This document shows, piece by piece, positions 27,660-36,650 of a stretch of 64,000 nucleotides of DNA. The stretch's first letter is position 1, and each line of letters begins with the position of its first letter. The position numbers and the translations under genes were made by a program. Source of the DNA: a virus; IMG/VR virus record IMGVR_UViG_3300017917_002814, positions 64,001 through 128,000 of that record. The stretch is one strand, 5' to 3'. The notes under the pieces are model-generated. The model searched no databases and was not told where the DNA came from. It saw only the letters and a list, made by a program, of their open reading frames with translations.

Positions 27660-28375
27660 TTGGTTTGGGCTGGTAAGATAAAATTATAAATGGCCAACCC
27701 AGAATCAACAGTGATTTGTGCTGCACCTTCGTCACTGAAACGAATCATTTTATCACCTGATAAACTCAAAATACTAATAACAGCGGCCAACGGCCAAGAC
27801 CAAGCTTTAGATAAAGATCCAGCAACATCATGAGCAAACACAAAATTGCCTGCATGACTACTGTGATCACCAAAGTAGAACATTAGATTATTATTTTCTG
27901 TTCGAGCAATAAAAGTGGTTTCTCCGCTGTTAGCTTGTGCTTGAAATTTTAGACGCTGAATTGCTGCAACAGATGGTTCAATTTCCACTCCCCATTTTAC
28001 ACCTTTAAACTTTACTGTTTTAAGTTGATCATTTACAATTTCTGCACTCATAAAACGATAATCATTTTTAAAATCGCCAGTGGAATTTTCAAAATGGATA
28101 CCTGTTGGTGCATCATCTTTTTTTGTTATAGTCAGTTTTGCATCATCTTTGTACTCGGGGATGTTCAAAATAGTGTTGAGCTTGCTTAGATTGGGCATGC
28201 CAAACGTGCCAATAAATTCTGGCACAGGGTTGTGAAATTGTGCTTGAACAATAACTGTGCGCTCTTCGCTAACTGCCTCAATCATAGTTGCACTTTCGTT
28301 GCCTACTATTTTTACTAGATCAATAATGCCTAAGCTGTGTGTATGTTGAACAATATCTTGCAAATAATCTTTCAT
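27656..28375 (-). CDS. probable DNA polymerase sliding clamp (gp45-like)
   Basis: 239 aa, alternating beta/alpha pattern, ends Y.FILPAQ; close to the PolB gene, with a clamp loader in the window. Confidence 0.55.
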   Translation of the reverse strand: MKDYLQDIVQHTHSLGIIDLVKIVGNESATMIEAVSEERTVIVQAQFHNPVPEFIGTFGMPNLSKLNTILNIPEYKDDAKLTITKKDDAPTGIHFENSTGDFKNDYRFMSAEIVNDQLKTVKFKGVKWGVEIEPSVAAIQRLKFQAQANSGETTFIARTENNNLMFYFGDHSSHAGNFVFAHDVAGSLSKAWSWPLAAVISILSLSGDKMIRFSDEGAAQITVDSGLAIYNFILPAQTK

Positions 28376-28398
28376 GTAGAGTCTCCAATAATTTTACA

Positions 28399-28427
28399 AT
28401 TTTACTACCGCTTACAACGCTTGTCAA
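28399..28427 (-). promoter_or_regulatory. sigma70-type promoter
   Basis: TTGACA-17-TAAAAT, GGAG SD. Confidence 0.7.
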
Positions 28428-29356
28428 TTGATTATATTTTTAATTTCACCTGATGTTTGCCCAGCTTTAATTGATTTCAGTACACCTTGTTTTCGTAGTT
28501 CAATTAATGAATAGGCTGGTTTAGAATTATATAGATAAACTGTTTCAAAACCTAGACTTTCTGCCAGTGGTATTAATAAACTTTCTGGCACATAAGTCAT
28601 AAAGTAATTTTCGGCATATGCGGCTGCTTCTGGTAAATCGGCATTGTTGTATGTAAAAATAATAGTGCCACCAGGACGCAACCATTCAGATGCTTGAATT
28701 AAAATTTGTTTTATGCTATCAATACTAAGATAATTAAAAAAGTTATAACTAAAAATTAAACCAAATTGATTTTTAGGTAGGTTGTGTATTTTGTAAAAAT
28801 CTCGTATTAAATATTTTCTTACTCTACCTCGATATAATGGCGGAAACTGTTCAACTGCACTTGATAAAAATTCGTCAAAAACATCGGCTATATAAAGGGG
28901 ATCACTAGCGACTAATAATTTAGTCCATTGCCCGTCTCTACAACCAATTTCAAGTGCTGGGTACTGCCAGTTACTGTATAAATTTATTCGTTGAGTTAAA
29001 ATTCTTTCAAATTCTTCATTGGTTGTTATTACTCTTGTGTTTCTAATAGAGTTTGCGTCTAAATATTTTAGTTCAAGCTGATAATTTTCTGCAAAAAATT
29101 TTGTAGCTAACGAATTTATTCTGTCTTGGATATTTGATAATTGATGACTGATTTGTTCTAAATTTTTTTCAATTATTGCGTAAATGTCTTTGTGTTGATT
29201 AGCCAATTCTATCAAGCCATTGGCTATTTCACAATCTGCCACTTCAGATAAATTTATTATTCTTAAATAATTTTTTTCAACTTCTTCCTTTAAAAGATCT
29301 GTTTCTAAAGAAAGAGATAATTGATTTTTTATTTGAACTAATTCATGTAATTTCAT
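28424..29356 (-). CDS. class I SAM-dependent methyltransferase with N-terminal coiled coil
   Basis: ALEIGCRDG, FGLIFSYNFFNY, WLRPGG. Confidence 0.75.
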   Translation of the reverse strand: MKLHELVQIKNQLSLSLETDLLKEEVEKNYLRIINLSEVADCEIANGLIELANQHKDIYAIIEKNLEQISHQLSNIQDRINSLATKFFAENYQLELKYLDANSIRNTRVITTNEEFERILTQRINLYSNWQYPALEIGCRDGQWTKLLVASDPLYIADVFDEFLSSAVEQFPPLYRGRVRKYLIRDFYKIHNLPKNQFGLIFSYNFFNYLSIDSIKQILIQASEWLRPGGTIIFTYNNADLPEAAAYAENYFMTYVPESLLIPLAESLGFETVYLYNSKPAYSLIELRKQGVLKSIKAGQTSGEIKNIIN

Positions 29357-29380
29357 TGAAAATGTTTTATTTTAAAATAT

Positions 29381-32041
29381 TTACTCAAACGTGAACAAAG
29401 TATCAAAGGTTGTTTTGATATCAGTGTGCGATGGTATATCCCAATCAAGTACACCTAATAGATTTTCTACTTTTTGATCTACAATAGTGGCCTCCATTTC
29501 TGAATCGTCAAACGGCAGTTCCTTGAACCATGCTGGGATATGAGTTTCATCTGTGGGATATCCAACTGATGTATAGCCTAGAGGATTGTCTTTGAGTTTA
29601 CACACAATGGTTTTCATACCGTCTACAATGGCCATGCTGTAGTTATCGCCGTGCATTCTACGTAAGTTATTCCAATTCATTGCTGCACGTACATGTCCGG
29701 GCATGTTGGCTCTTCCCAATCGTTCTTCTTCTTTGCTGTACTTGGTTAGATTGTTGACACGTTTGGGTGTTCCTTTTTCCCAGGCCGGCCGATCTTGAAA
29801 CGCAAGTTTAAATTCGCGTACTCGATCATATATTTCTTCTTTTGGCGCACCAGTTAGTACTGCCTGTAATAACTCACTCAAGAAGTCCTGTACAACCTTG
29901 GGAGTATCTGACCGCTTGAGATCTAAGCCCATGGCCTTGACCTTGCCGGGCTTGCTGTGTGTGTCTAGTCTGTTGCCTTCTAGATCATAAATTAGCACAG
30001 CATAACGTTTCTTCTTTATGAATAGTCCCTTACTAGCAACAAGTTCCCGCCCTCCTCGGATGAGCGCACCCATCGATCTTGGTACATGACAAGCTCGTTC
30101 CATAAAGGCAGGAAAGCTGTCATTGACTTGATCCGCGATACTATCATATAATTGAGCACAGATTTCTTTGTTCCATTCCATGCGTCCGGATTCAACTTCT
30201 TCTCTAACTGCTGGCCAAGCTGTAAAATAGCATGAGTCAGTGTCACCGTAGATGATGGATTTGCCCACATGGTCGTACTCTCCGAATATGCACTCGTTGA
30301 TATACGCATCCATGTGTCTCGCAATGATACGTCCGGTAAGAGTAGTACTTTGACCAATCCTTTTGTCAAAAAATCTACAACCTGGGTTGAGAATTGCCCC
30401 ATAAAGACTGTTAAGATTAATCTTCTTGACCAGCTGTCTCTTATCCCAGAAAGCCTTGTCCTCATCAGTAATTGCTTCTTTTTTCTTTGCTTGCAGTTCC
30501 TTGCGTTCTGCATACCACCTCTCTAACAATCCAGGCACCACAGCCTTTTGTTCATAGCTAAAGATAGTACCATTTGCTGAAAGCATCCAAGGCTGATTAC
30601 TATCAAATATCATGCGCCATATATCAGCAGCACTCATCACATCTGATCCACCTGCTTCCCAATCAATTGTTATTTCTGTTCCAATTTCTCCATTCATCAC
30701 AGCAGTATATTCAAGACTACCAAACATGTTTTCCCAAGCATCGGCAAAACTGCTGCCTGAATTCATTTTGTCTTGAATATATCTATCAGTCATTATTGGC
30801 CGGAGTTGCCCGATAATACTCTCTTGTGCCATGTTAAGAGCGCGGATTGCTGACGGGTATAGACTGTTGATATCGATCGCTCCGATCCAGTCGTGCATGC
30901 CTCTTTTGGGGAAAGCAACATAGGCACCTGCTGCTTGTGTGTCTCCTTGATCATCTCTACCTTTCCTATTAGGTACTACCATTCCACGTTGATGTGCTTC
31001 ATTGATAATTGCTTGTTCAGTAACTGCTACTGCTCCCATTGTAGTGGGAAGTAATACTGTGTTATCGTGTGCAAGTTCATTGGCTAGATCCAAGAAACGC
31101 AACTTCTTGTCTAGCTTGGCCACAAGCATAGTATCTTGTCTGTTGTAGTCAATGAACTTGGGAAAGTCTTTGTTGTATAATTGATCTAGTGTGCCCTCGT
31201 ATTGAGTTTTGCGTTCATCCAGTTCATATTCGCCAATGGCGTCCAAACTGTAACTGTGACGTTCTTCATACGTGTATTTGCGATACAGTTGCATATAGTC
31301 CATATGCACACGACCAATTAGATCAAAGGTGAGATTTTCTGCACCAAATCGTTCAAATGTTCTTTGTTTGGGCAATTGGCCCCATAGACAAAATCTACGA
31401 GTGTCGTCTTTGTTTAAAACCTTGGTGGTTCGCATGACCATGTAAGGAATATCAAATCCTTCTGAGTTCCATCCGCTTAGTATATCTGCATCATCAATGA
31501 TGTCTAGGAAAGTGTTTAGCAGATCTTCTTCGCGTTCAAACAAAAAACAGTTATCATAACGATTACAAATTTCTTGTGCTGTTGCCCACGAATAACTTTT
31601 AGGTGGCACAACTAGTGTTACTAACTTGTCCATCCAATCTAGATATACGCTTATTGCCGTAATTGGATTAAACGGATCTTCGGGCTTGCTGAAACCTCGT
31701 TCCGGGTCAAAATCAACCTCAATGTCGAAAAACGCAGTATGTAACTTGGGAGATGTAGCCCCCAAGTAGTGTTCTTCAAGACAACGGAATACTGGATTAA
31801 TATCTGATTCCCAAAGACGCTTGTTGCTGTTAATACGAAGCTCTTTTTGAAATTCCTTATTCGACCTGGATGAAAACCTACTAACTGGAGTACCGTAAAC
31901 AGTACGAAATTTACCACGCGGGTCGTCGTAGTAGAACATGTAGTTTGCAGGATATTCTTTGTATACTCTCTCTCCTCCGATACGTTCCACAACATGGATG
32001 CGATCCTGGTTACGGTCATATAATGCATCAACATAGCTCAT
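29381..32041 (-). CDS. family B DNA polymerase (T4 gp43-like)
   Basis: Exo motifs FDIEV, GWNSEGFDIPY, YNRQD; Pol motifs DINSLYPS, KINLNSLYG, YGDTDS, KKRY. Confidence 0.97.
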   Translation of the reverse strand: MSYVDALYDRNQDRIHVVERIGGERVYKEYPANYMFYYDDPRGKFRTVYGTPVSRFSSRSNKEFQKELRINSNKRLWESDINPVFRCLEEHYLGATSPKLHTAFFDIEVDFDPERGFSKPEDPFNPITAISVYLDWMDKLVTLVVPPKSYSWATAQEICNRYDNCFLFEREEDLLNTFLDIIDDADILSGWNSEGFDIPYMVMRTTKVLNKDDTRRFCLWGQLPKQRTFERFGAENLTFDLIGRVHMDYMQLYRKYTYEERHSYSLDAIGEYELDERKTQYEGTLDQLYNKDFPKFIDYNRQDTMLVAKLDKKLRFLDLANELAHDNTVLLPTTMGAVAVTEQAIINEAHQRGMVVPNRKGRDDQGDTQAAGAYVAFPKRGMHDWIGAIDINSLYPSAIRALNMAQESIIGQLRPIMTDRYIQDKMNSGSSFADAWENMFGSLEYTAVMNGEIGTEITIDWEAGGSDVMSAADIWRMIFDSNQPWMLSANGTIFSYEQKAVVPGLLERWYAERKELQAKKKEAITDEDKAFWDKRQLVKKINLNSLYGAILNPGCRFFDKRIGQSTTLTGRIIARHMDAYINECIFGEYDHVGKSIIYGDTDSCYFTAWPAVREEVESGRMEWNKEICAQLYDSIADQVNDSFPAFMERACHVPRSMGALIRGGRELVASKGLFIKKKRYAVLIYDLEGNRLDTHSKPGKVKAMGLDLKRSDTPKVVQDFLSELLQAVLTGAPKEEIYDRVREFKLAFQDRPAWEKGTPKRVNNLTKYSKEEERLGRANMPGHVRAAMNWNNLRRMHGDNYSMAIVDGMKTIVCKLKDNPLGYTSVGYPTDETHIPAWFKELPFDDSEMEATIVDQKVENLLGVLDWDIPSHTDIKTTFDTLFTFE

Positions 32042-32047
32042 AGATAT

Positions 32048-32076
32048 ATTTTATTTTTTTGTTACAAAGAAGTCAA
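32048..32076 (-). promoter_or_regulatory. sigma70-type promoter giving a leaderless polymerase mRNA
   Basis: TTGACT-17-TAAAAT-6 nt-ATG; no SD. Confidence 0.65.
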
Positions 32077-32185
32077 CAATATAGTCGCAAAGATTAGCAA
32101 ATTGGAGACATGAAAACATCAATAGGCCAATACATGCTCCTAACAACACCCAGTATCCTACAATTGATAAAAAAACTAATAGCAT
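32051..32185 (-). CDS. small hydrophobic protein (not in ORF track)
   Basis: Manual translation MLLVFLSIVGYWVLLGACIGLLMFSCLQFANLCDYIVDFFVTKK; TAATG overlap with the upstream gene. Confidence 0.45.
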   Translation of the reverse strand: MLLVFLSIVGYWVLLGACIGLLMFSCLQFANLCDYIVDFFVTKK

Positions 32186-32472
32186 TAGGTTATCATCCTT
32201 ACCAGCCCAATCGTATCAATGGTAGTGAGCAATATGTAGTTAGCCAGCATGCCAAAGGATTTACGACTCCAAGCAGCCCAAGCATACATAGCACAACCAG
32301 TGATCCACAAAGGATATAAAGCAAGGAGTGGAGGATTGGGTACTGTGATCGCCATTGTGAATGCGCATCCAATTGAAATTGCCCAAGCAAGAAGCTCAAC
32401 AACAAACCGTATACGGTTAGATGTCCAATCATTTCTTATCCATTGTAGTATACTTGATACACTATCAATCAA
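32185..32472 (-). CDS. three-TM membrane protein
   Basis: 95-aa hydrophobic ORF. Confidence 0.65.
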   Translation of the reverse strand: MIDSVSSILQWIRNDWTSNRIRFVVELLAWAISIGCAFTMAITVPNPPLLALYPLWITGCAMYAWAAWSRKSFGMLANYILLTTIDTIGLVRMIT

Positions 32473-32729
32473 AGTGTTTTGCCTACCGTTTGAAGAATAG
32501 TATTCAATTCTTCATTGTCGGCGTTTTCTTCTCCAAGTTTTGATTTGAATGCAGTTCGAATAGCCTTTTTAAGAATAGCAGGTTTAATTTCCATTTCCTC
32601 TGCTACGGCTTTGACCGTGTCACTAAGTCCAGCATTCAAATCTTCTACTTCTTGCATGACCGCCATGCCTTCATTGATTATCTGTGTAAGTTTGGCTTTT
32701 TGTTCAGCGGAAAACATACGTGAGCTCAT
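32469..32729 (-). CDS. T4 DsbA/GapR-like dsDNA-binding protein
   Basis: 86-aa helical protein (LTQIINEG...LSDTVKAVAEEMEIKPAILKKAI). Confidence 0.6.
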   Translation of the reverse strand: MSSRMFSAEQKAKLTQIINEGMAVMQEVEDLNAGLSDTVKAVAEEMEIKPAILKKAIRTAFKSKLGEENADNEELNTILQTVGKTL

Positions 32730-32753
32730 AAAATCTCCTAAGTAAAAAATAAT

Positions 32754-32782
32754 AGTATAGATGAATGCTAAAAGAATTGCAA
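32754..32782 (-). promoter_or_regulatory. sigma70-type promoter
   Basis: TTGCAA-17-TATACT, AGGAG SD. Confidence 0.65.
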
Positions 32783-32790
32783 GAAAATTT

Positions 32791-32866
32791 TGCTCACTTT
32801 AACCCTCGGGGCACGACTCCTTTGAGTAAGCCAGCAGCCGGCTCTTCACGGTCCTAAGGTGAAGAC
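32791..32866 (-). ncRNA. candidate structured RNA of unknown class
   Basis: GC-rich intergenic island with several hairpins (TCTTCAC/GTGAAGA, GCCGG/CTGGC, ACTC/GAGT, CCC/GGG). Confidence 0.4.
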
Positions 32867-33046
32867 TTATTTTTTAGGTTCACAGGTTCTTGTACGTTGT
32901 AGGGTACCATCTGGTCTACGCTCTTCGCGCCATTCTGTACAAACTTGGGTTTCTGTTTTTTCTGGCAACACTTGGTCAACGGTCCAATTTGCAGCCATCC
33001 ATCCCATTGCGCTGAAAAAACCCCATACTAATATTTCTGCTATCAT
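32867..33046 (-). CDS. small membrane-anchored protein (not in ORF track)
   Basis: Manual translation MIAEILVWGFFSAMGWMAANWTVDQVLPEKTETQVCTEWREERRPDGTLQRTRTCEPKK; ATGA overlap. Confidence 0.6.
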   Translation of the reverse strand: MIAEILVWGFFSAMGWMAANWTVDQVLPEKTETQVCTEWREERRPDGTLQRTRTCEPKK

Positions 33047-34200
33047 TTAGTTTTTTTCAATAAAGTAATCAATCTTTTTTCTAATTCATCCCAGTACAAA
33101 TCATCGGCTATCATGGGCGTTATTAAAAATATTGAATTTTTCATATAATGAGAAGTACATAGCCCGGCACGTTCAAAACCTAATTTAGAAACGGGCCTGT
33201 CAAGCAGCAACTCTTTCGCTAATCCAAAACCTCGATAATCTTTGACCCCATATAGTTTTAATTTATCAAATAAAATTATGTGTTTAAGATTTATATTTTC
33301 AACTAGATTAGAATCAAACATTTGCAGAATTTGATTGGTGAGTGCTATTCCTAACATTTGTGGTTGCCATGTGTGCCCGTAGTGTACTGTTTGTTTCACT
33401 ACATCTAATACTTTTGATGAAACTAATGCGCAACTTAGTGGAACATAACCGCCGGTTATACTTTTGCCCATAATTGATATATCAGGAATGATATTATATT
33501 TTTGATAGCTAAACGCCGGGCCTACTTTACCAAAGCCTCCCCAAACATCATCTATTACTAACAGTATTCGATATTCTGTGCATAATCTACGTATTTCTGT
33601 CCACCAAAACTCCGACCAAGGTCTTATTCCATTTATCCAAGGAATAGATTCTATAATAATTGTTCCAACATATTTGTCTAAATCTAATATTTTTTTAATC
33701 AACTTTAATGTTTCTTTTTCATCTTGTTGTTGATCATCACTAGGAGCCGGAAGCACAATATTTCTATCAGATTTTTTTTCTCCGCGCAATTGTCTTGCAA
33801 GATAGGTTGCTCCATGGTAACCCGGTGTAAAGCTTATTATTTTGTTTTTATTTTGCTTTAAATTTTTCCAATACTGATCTGATATTTCTAATCCTGCTTC
33901 AACTCCATCACTTCCACTTATAGCGTATAGGACGCCAGACATGCCGCTCATCTGTAAAAGTTTATCAGTTACTTCATTGAGTAAATAATTTTGTTCCGAA
34001 GACTTGCCTCTTACGAATTGTACTTCGTTTATTTGCTTGTTTAATGCTTTTATGAGTATTTGATTTGAGTATCCCCAAATATATGCGCCGTGCCCGCACA
34101 TTAAATCTAAATACTTTTGATTATTTGATTCCACCCAATAGTCGTAGGTAGCAGTTACAAAACGAATTCTTTCTTCGTTGCACTGTTCAACAAGTTCCAT
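33043..34200 (-). CDS. class III PLP-dependent aminotransferase
   Basis: YLDLMCG, SGSDGVE, YHGAT, IDDVWGGFGK.G, PDI..MGKSITGGYVPLS, HTW. Confidence 0.88.
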   Translation of the reverse strand: MELVEQCNEERIRFVTATYDYWVESNNQKYLDLMCGHGAYIWGYSNQILIKALNKQINEVQFVRGKSSEQNYLLNEVTDKLLQMSGMSGVLYAISGSDGVEAGLEISDQYWKNLKQNKNKIISFTPGYHGATYLARQLRGEKKSDRNIVLPAPSDDQQQDEKETLKLIKKILDLDKYVGTIIIESIPWINGIRPWSEFWWTEIRRLCTEYRILLVIDDVWGGFGKVGPAFSYQKYNIIPDISIMGKSITGGYVPLSCALVSSKVLDVVKQTVHYGHTWQPQMLGIALTNQILQMFDSNLVENINLKHIILFDKLKLYGVKDYRGFGLAKELLLDRPVSKLGFERAGLCTSHYMKNSIFLITPMIADDLYWDELEKRLITLLKKTK

Positions 34201-34211
34201 ATATTGATAGT

Positions 34212-34787
34212 TTAAAAGTTGGCAATACGTTCTTTAATAATAACTATTACTTTATCATTGAGAACAACTTCATAATGATTACAATCTAATTCAACTAGCT
34301 CCATAATGTCTTCACGTTTGCGTTGACTTGATATAGTTACCACACCATCGTTTGGCGCTGGTATCCATGGAGCCGATCCTTGTGTTGTTACTACGTTTGT
34401 CCAGGGTTTGTCGATGTTTATTGACCTTGCTGCTTTCATTGCCCAACTTGTAGGGCCTATGTCTTTTAACAATCTGCTGTACGGTAAAAAATATTTTGCT
34501 ACGTCAGCTACTTCGGCTCCGCCATATGGTGTGCTCAATGTAACCGCTCCTAACACTTGATCAGGAAAAAGATCTGCTAAGTGTAACGCATATATACCGC
34601 CAAGACTGTGACAAATAAAAAACATGTTTTTTTGAGCAGACAACAATGCTCGCATGTTTTCTAAATTTTTTTCAAATCCGTTTCTACTGTCGTAGTTTAT
34701 TAAAAGTTCTTGACCTTTGACGTGTTGTCTAATGTAATTGAAACTTTCACTAGTGGCACTGGCACCGTGAATATAAACTAGAAGCAT
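34212..34787 (-). CDS. alpha/beta hydrolase
   Basis: IHGA, CHSLGG nucleophile elbow, TPYGG, NDGVV, NHYEV. Confidence 0.85.
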   Translation of the reverse strand: MLLVYIHGASATSESFNYIRQHVKGQELLINYDSRNGFEKNLENMRALLSAQKNMFFICHSLGGIYALHLADLFPDQVLGAVTLSTPYGGAEVADVAKYFLPYSRLLKDIGPTSWAMKAARSINIDKPWTNVVTTQGSAPWIPAPNDGVVTISSQRKREDIMELVELDCNHYEVVLNDKVIVIIKERIANF

Positions 34788-34794
34788 TGTACAA

Positions 34795-35229
34795 TTATTT
34801 TAGAGTTGATCTCAGCATCCAACTATGTTTGGCATGAGCGTCTTGACGATCTGCTAGGAAATTGCTTAAACCGTGCATGCCCAGTTCTTCAGCAGCCATG
34901 AATACAATATGAAACATTTCTTTCATTCGATCACTATCTTGCAAAAGTTCTAATAACATTGACTCAGCAGGCAAGATTTCTGTTTCGTCGTCTACTAGAC
35001 TCAAAATACTAAATCTTGTAAATGAACCTGGTGTGTATGCTCCAGTTGCTCTAATTTCTTCCGCAAATTTATCAATACTGCCATATACTTCTTCGTAGAT
35101 GTTACCAAATAGTTCGTGATACTGTGGAAAGTTGGGTCCTTCTACATTCCAATGAAAGTAGTGTGCTTTAAGATAAAAAGCATATTCGCTTGCAAATGCA
35201 ATTTTAAGAGCTTGTTTCAGTGCGTCCAT
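34795..35229 (-). CDS. dps: Dps ferritin-like DNA protection protein
   Basis: KAHYFHWNVEGPNF..YHELF...Y, DKFAEEIR, H.KHSWML. Confidence 0.92.
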   Translation of the reverse strand: MDALKQALKIAFASEYAFYLKAHYFHWNVEGPNFPQYHELFGNIYEEVYGSIDKFAEEIRATGAYTPGSFTRFSILSLVDDETEILPAESMLLELLQDSDRMKEMFHIVFMAAEELGMHGLSNFLADRQDAHAKHSWMLRSTLK

Positions 35230-35251
35230 TGCCGATCCTAATAAAGTATAT

Positions 35252-35398
35252 TTATCTGCCCTGACCTCGATAGGCCTTATGAGCTCGACGTATACTTTTG
35301 TTCATTGTACTAGTTTTGGCTCTACGTCCGCCTTGACTGGTCATTTTGACCACATGTGCTATAAGTTTTTTATTTGTTGATTGACTGGGTTTGGCCAT
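35252..35398 (-). CDS. small basic protein with YRGQG C-terminus (not in ORF track)
   Basis: Manual translation MAKPSQSTNKKLIAHVVKMTSQGGRRAKTSTMNKSIRRAHKAYRGQGR; AGGAG SD. Confidence 0.65.
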   Translation of the reverse strand: MAKPSQSTNKKLIAHVVKMTSQGGRRAKTSTMNKSIRRAHKAYRGQGR

Positions 35399-36056
35399 TA
35401 TTTTCTCCTTGAATATTAGATTGCTCGTACATCACTGTGTCTGTGTCACCCAGACGCCATTTAGGATTTTGCTCTACTACATACTTTCGAGTACAAACTC
35501 GGAAATCTGGAAATTTCATGTCTCGTGGGTTGCTAGCAGCATCAAAAAATAAACACCTATTGTTGGGTTGTGCTGCGTACTGTCCGTTGTCTAATTCTAT
35601 AAAATTGAAACTTTTGTGATCTTCGGGCCATTCGCTGTATCCGGTGTCAATGATATTGTGATTGGGATGAGCATGATCTACGGTAAACATGTAATTGCCC
35701 GAGTACATGTTTTTGTCTTTGGCGTAAAACTTACAGCTTAAATTTCGCAAGAATGCTTTCTGTATTACTGTCATGTCGTAATCAAAACAATCCCAAATTT
35801 GTAATGTATCTAAAGATAAAAATTTATCTGGTTCAAGACTGTCTGTACGAGACACAAAAGCATGCAAAGGCAGCTTGTCGTATAATGCGCCATAGTTGGG
35901 AAGATAGGCTTCGATTCTAAAGGCTTGGCCTCTTATGCTTTTTAATGACACCCAAATGCATGGTTCGTATTCGCCATGGCCTTGTTCAAAATCATATAAA
36001 AACTCTTTGCGTATATAACAATGAACTGGTGGTACGTTAGCTACTAAAAATGACAT
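35370..36056 (-). CDS. conserved hypothetical phage protein
   Basis: 228 aa (YGALYDKLPLHAF, LQIWDCF, LDNGQYAAQPNNR). Confidence 0.75.
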   Translation of the reverse strand: MSFLVANVPPVHCYIRKEFLYDFEQGHGEYEPCIWVSLKSIRGQAFRIEAYLPNYGALYDKLPLHAFVSRTDSLEPDKFLSLDTLQIWDCFDYDMTVIQKAFLRNLSCKFYAKDKNMYSGNYMFTVDHAHPNHNIIDTGYSEWPEDHKSFNFIELDNGQYAAQPNNRCLFFDAASNPRDMKFPDFRVCTRKYVVEQNPKWRLGDTDTVMYEQSNIQGENNGQTQSINK

Positions 36057-36071
36057 TGATTGAACTCATGG

Positions 36072-36650
36072 TTATTGATCTTTTTTTGGTGTTAAAATGT
36101 TTTTAAAAAAAGTTTCAATTGGCCCGCCTTGCTTGGTAGCATCTCTCGCCATTTCATATCCAAGTTCGGTTGGACCTGAAGCTCTTTTTCTAAGTGTATT
36201 AAAACCATTTGCGATATCAAGAATGCGTCGTGCTGTACTTGGCTCTTGCTGTTGATCTGCCGGTGGTTGTAGTTCAGGAATGCCTTGTTCTTTCATGCTG
36301 CGTGTTTTGGTGGCCACATTTCGTGCAGGACCGCGGCGTTCTGGATTGGGATCTTCTCTACGCTTTTTGGCTGCTGAGCTGGCACGACCTTTCTTTCCTA
36401 GTGCATGTGCCTTGCTGGCTGGCAAACACTTGGGTTTACCTTCGCCCTCGCTGCGTCCCCCACACTCGCCGCGAATCTTGCCGTCGGGTCCAAATCTTAC
36501 CCATTTCTCACGAAACCACTTTTTTAAATCTTCTTCAAGTTCTTGTTCGCTCATCCGGACACAGTTAGGTACCTGACGGTCACCTTTTTTCTTCATGCCT
36601 TGTTGTTGATAGCCTTTCCAACAAGCTTCTAAGAGTTCTCTATATTTCAT
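36072..36650 (-). CDS. modular putative internal head protein
   Basis: MKYRELLE N-terminus; modules CWKGY...VPNCV and LKKWF.EKWV...ECG...PKCLP separated by xxE sites. Confidence 0.6.
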   Translation of the reverse strand: MKYRELLEACWKGYQQQGMKKKGDRQVPNCVRMSEQELEEDLKKWFREKWVRFGPDGKIRGECGGRSEGEGKPKCLPASKAHALGKKGRASSAAKKRREDPNPERRGPARNVATKTRSMKEQGIPELQPPADQQQEPSTARRILDIANGFNTLRKRASGPTELGYEMARDATKQGGPIETFFKNILTPKKDQ

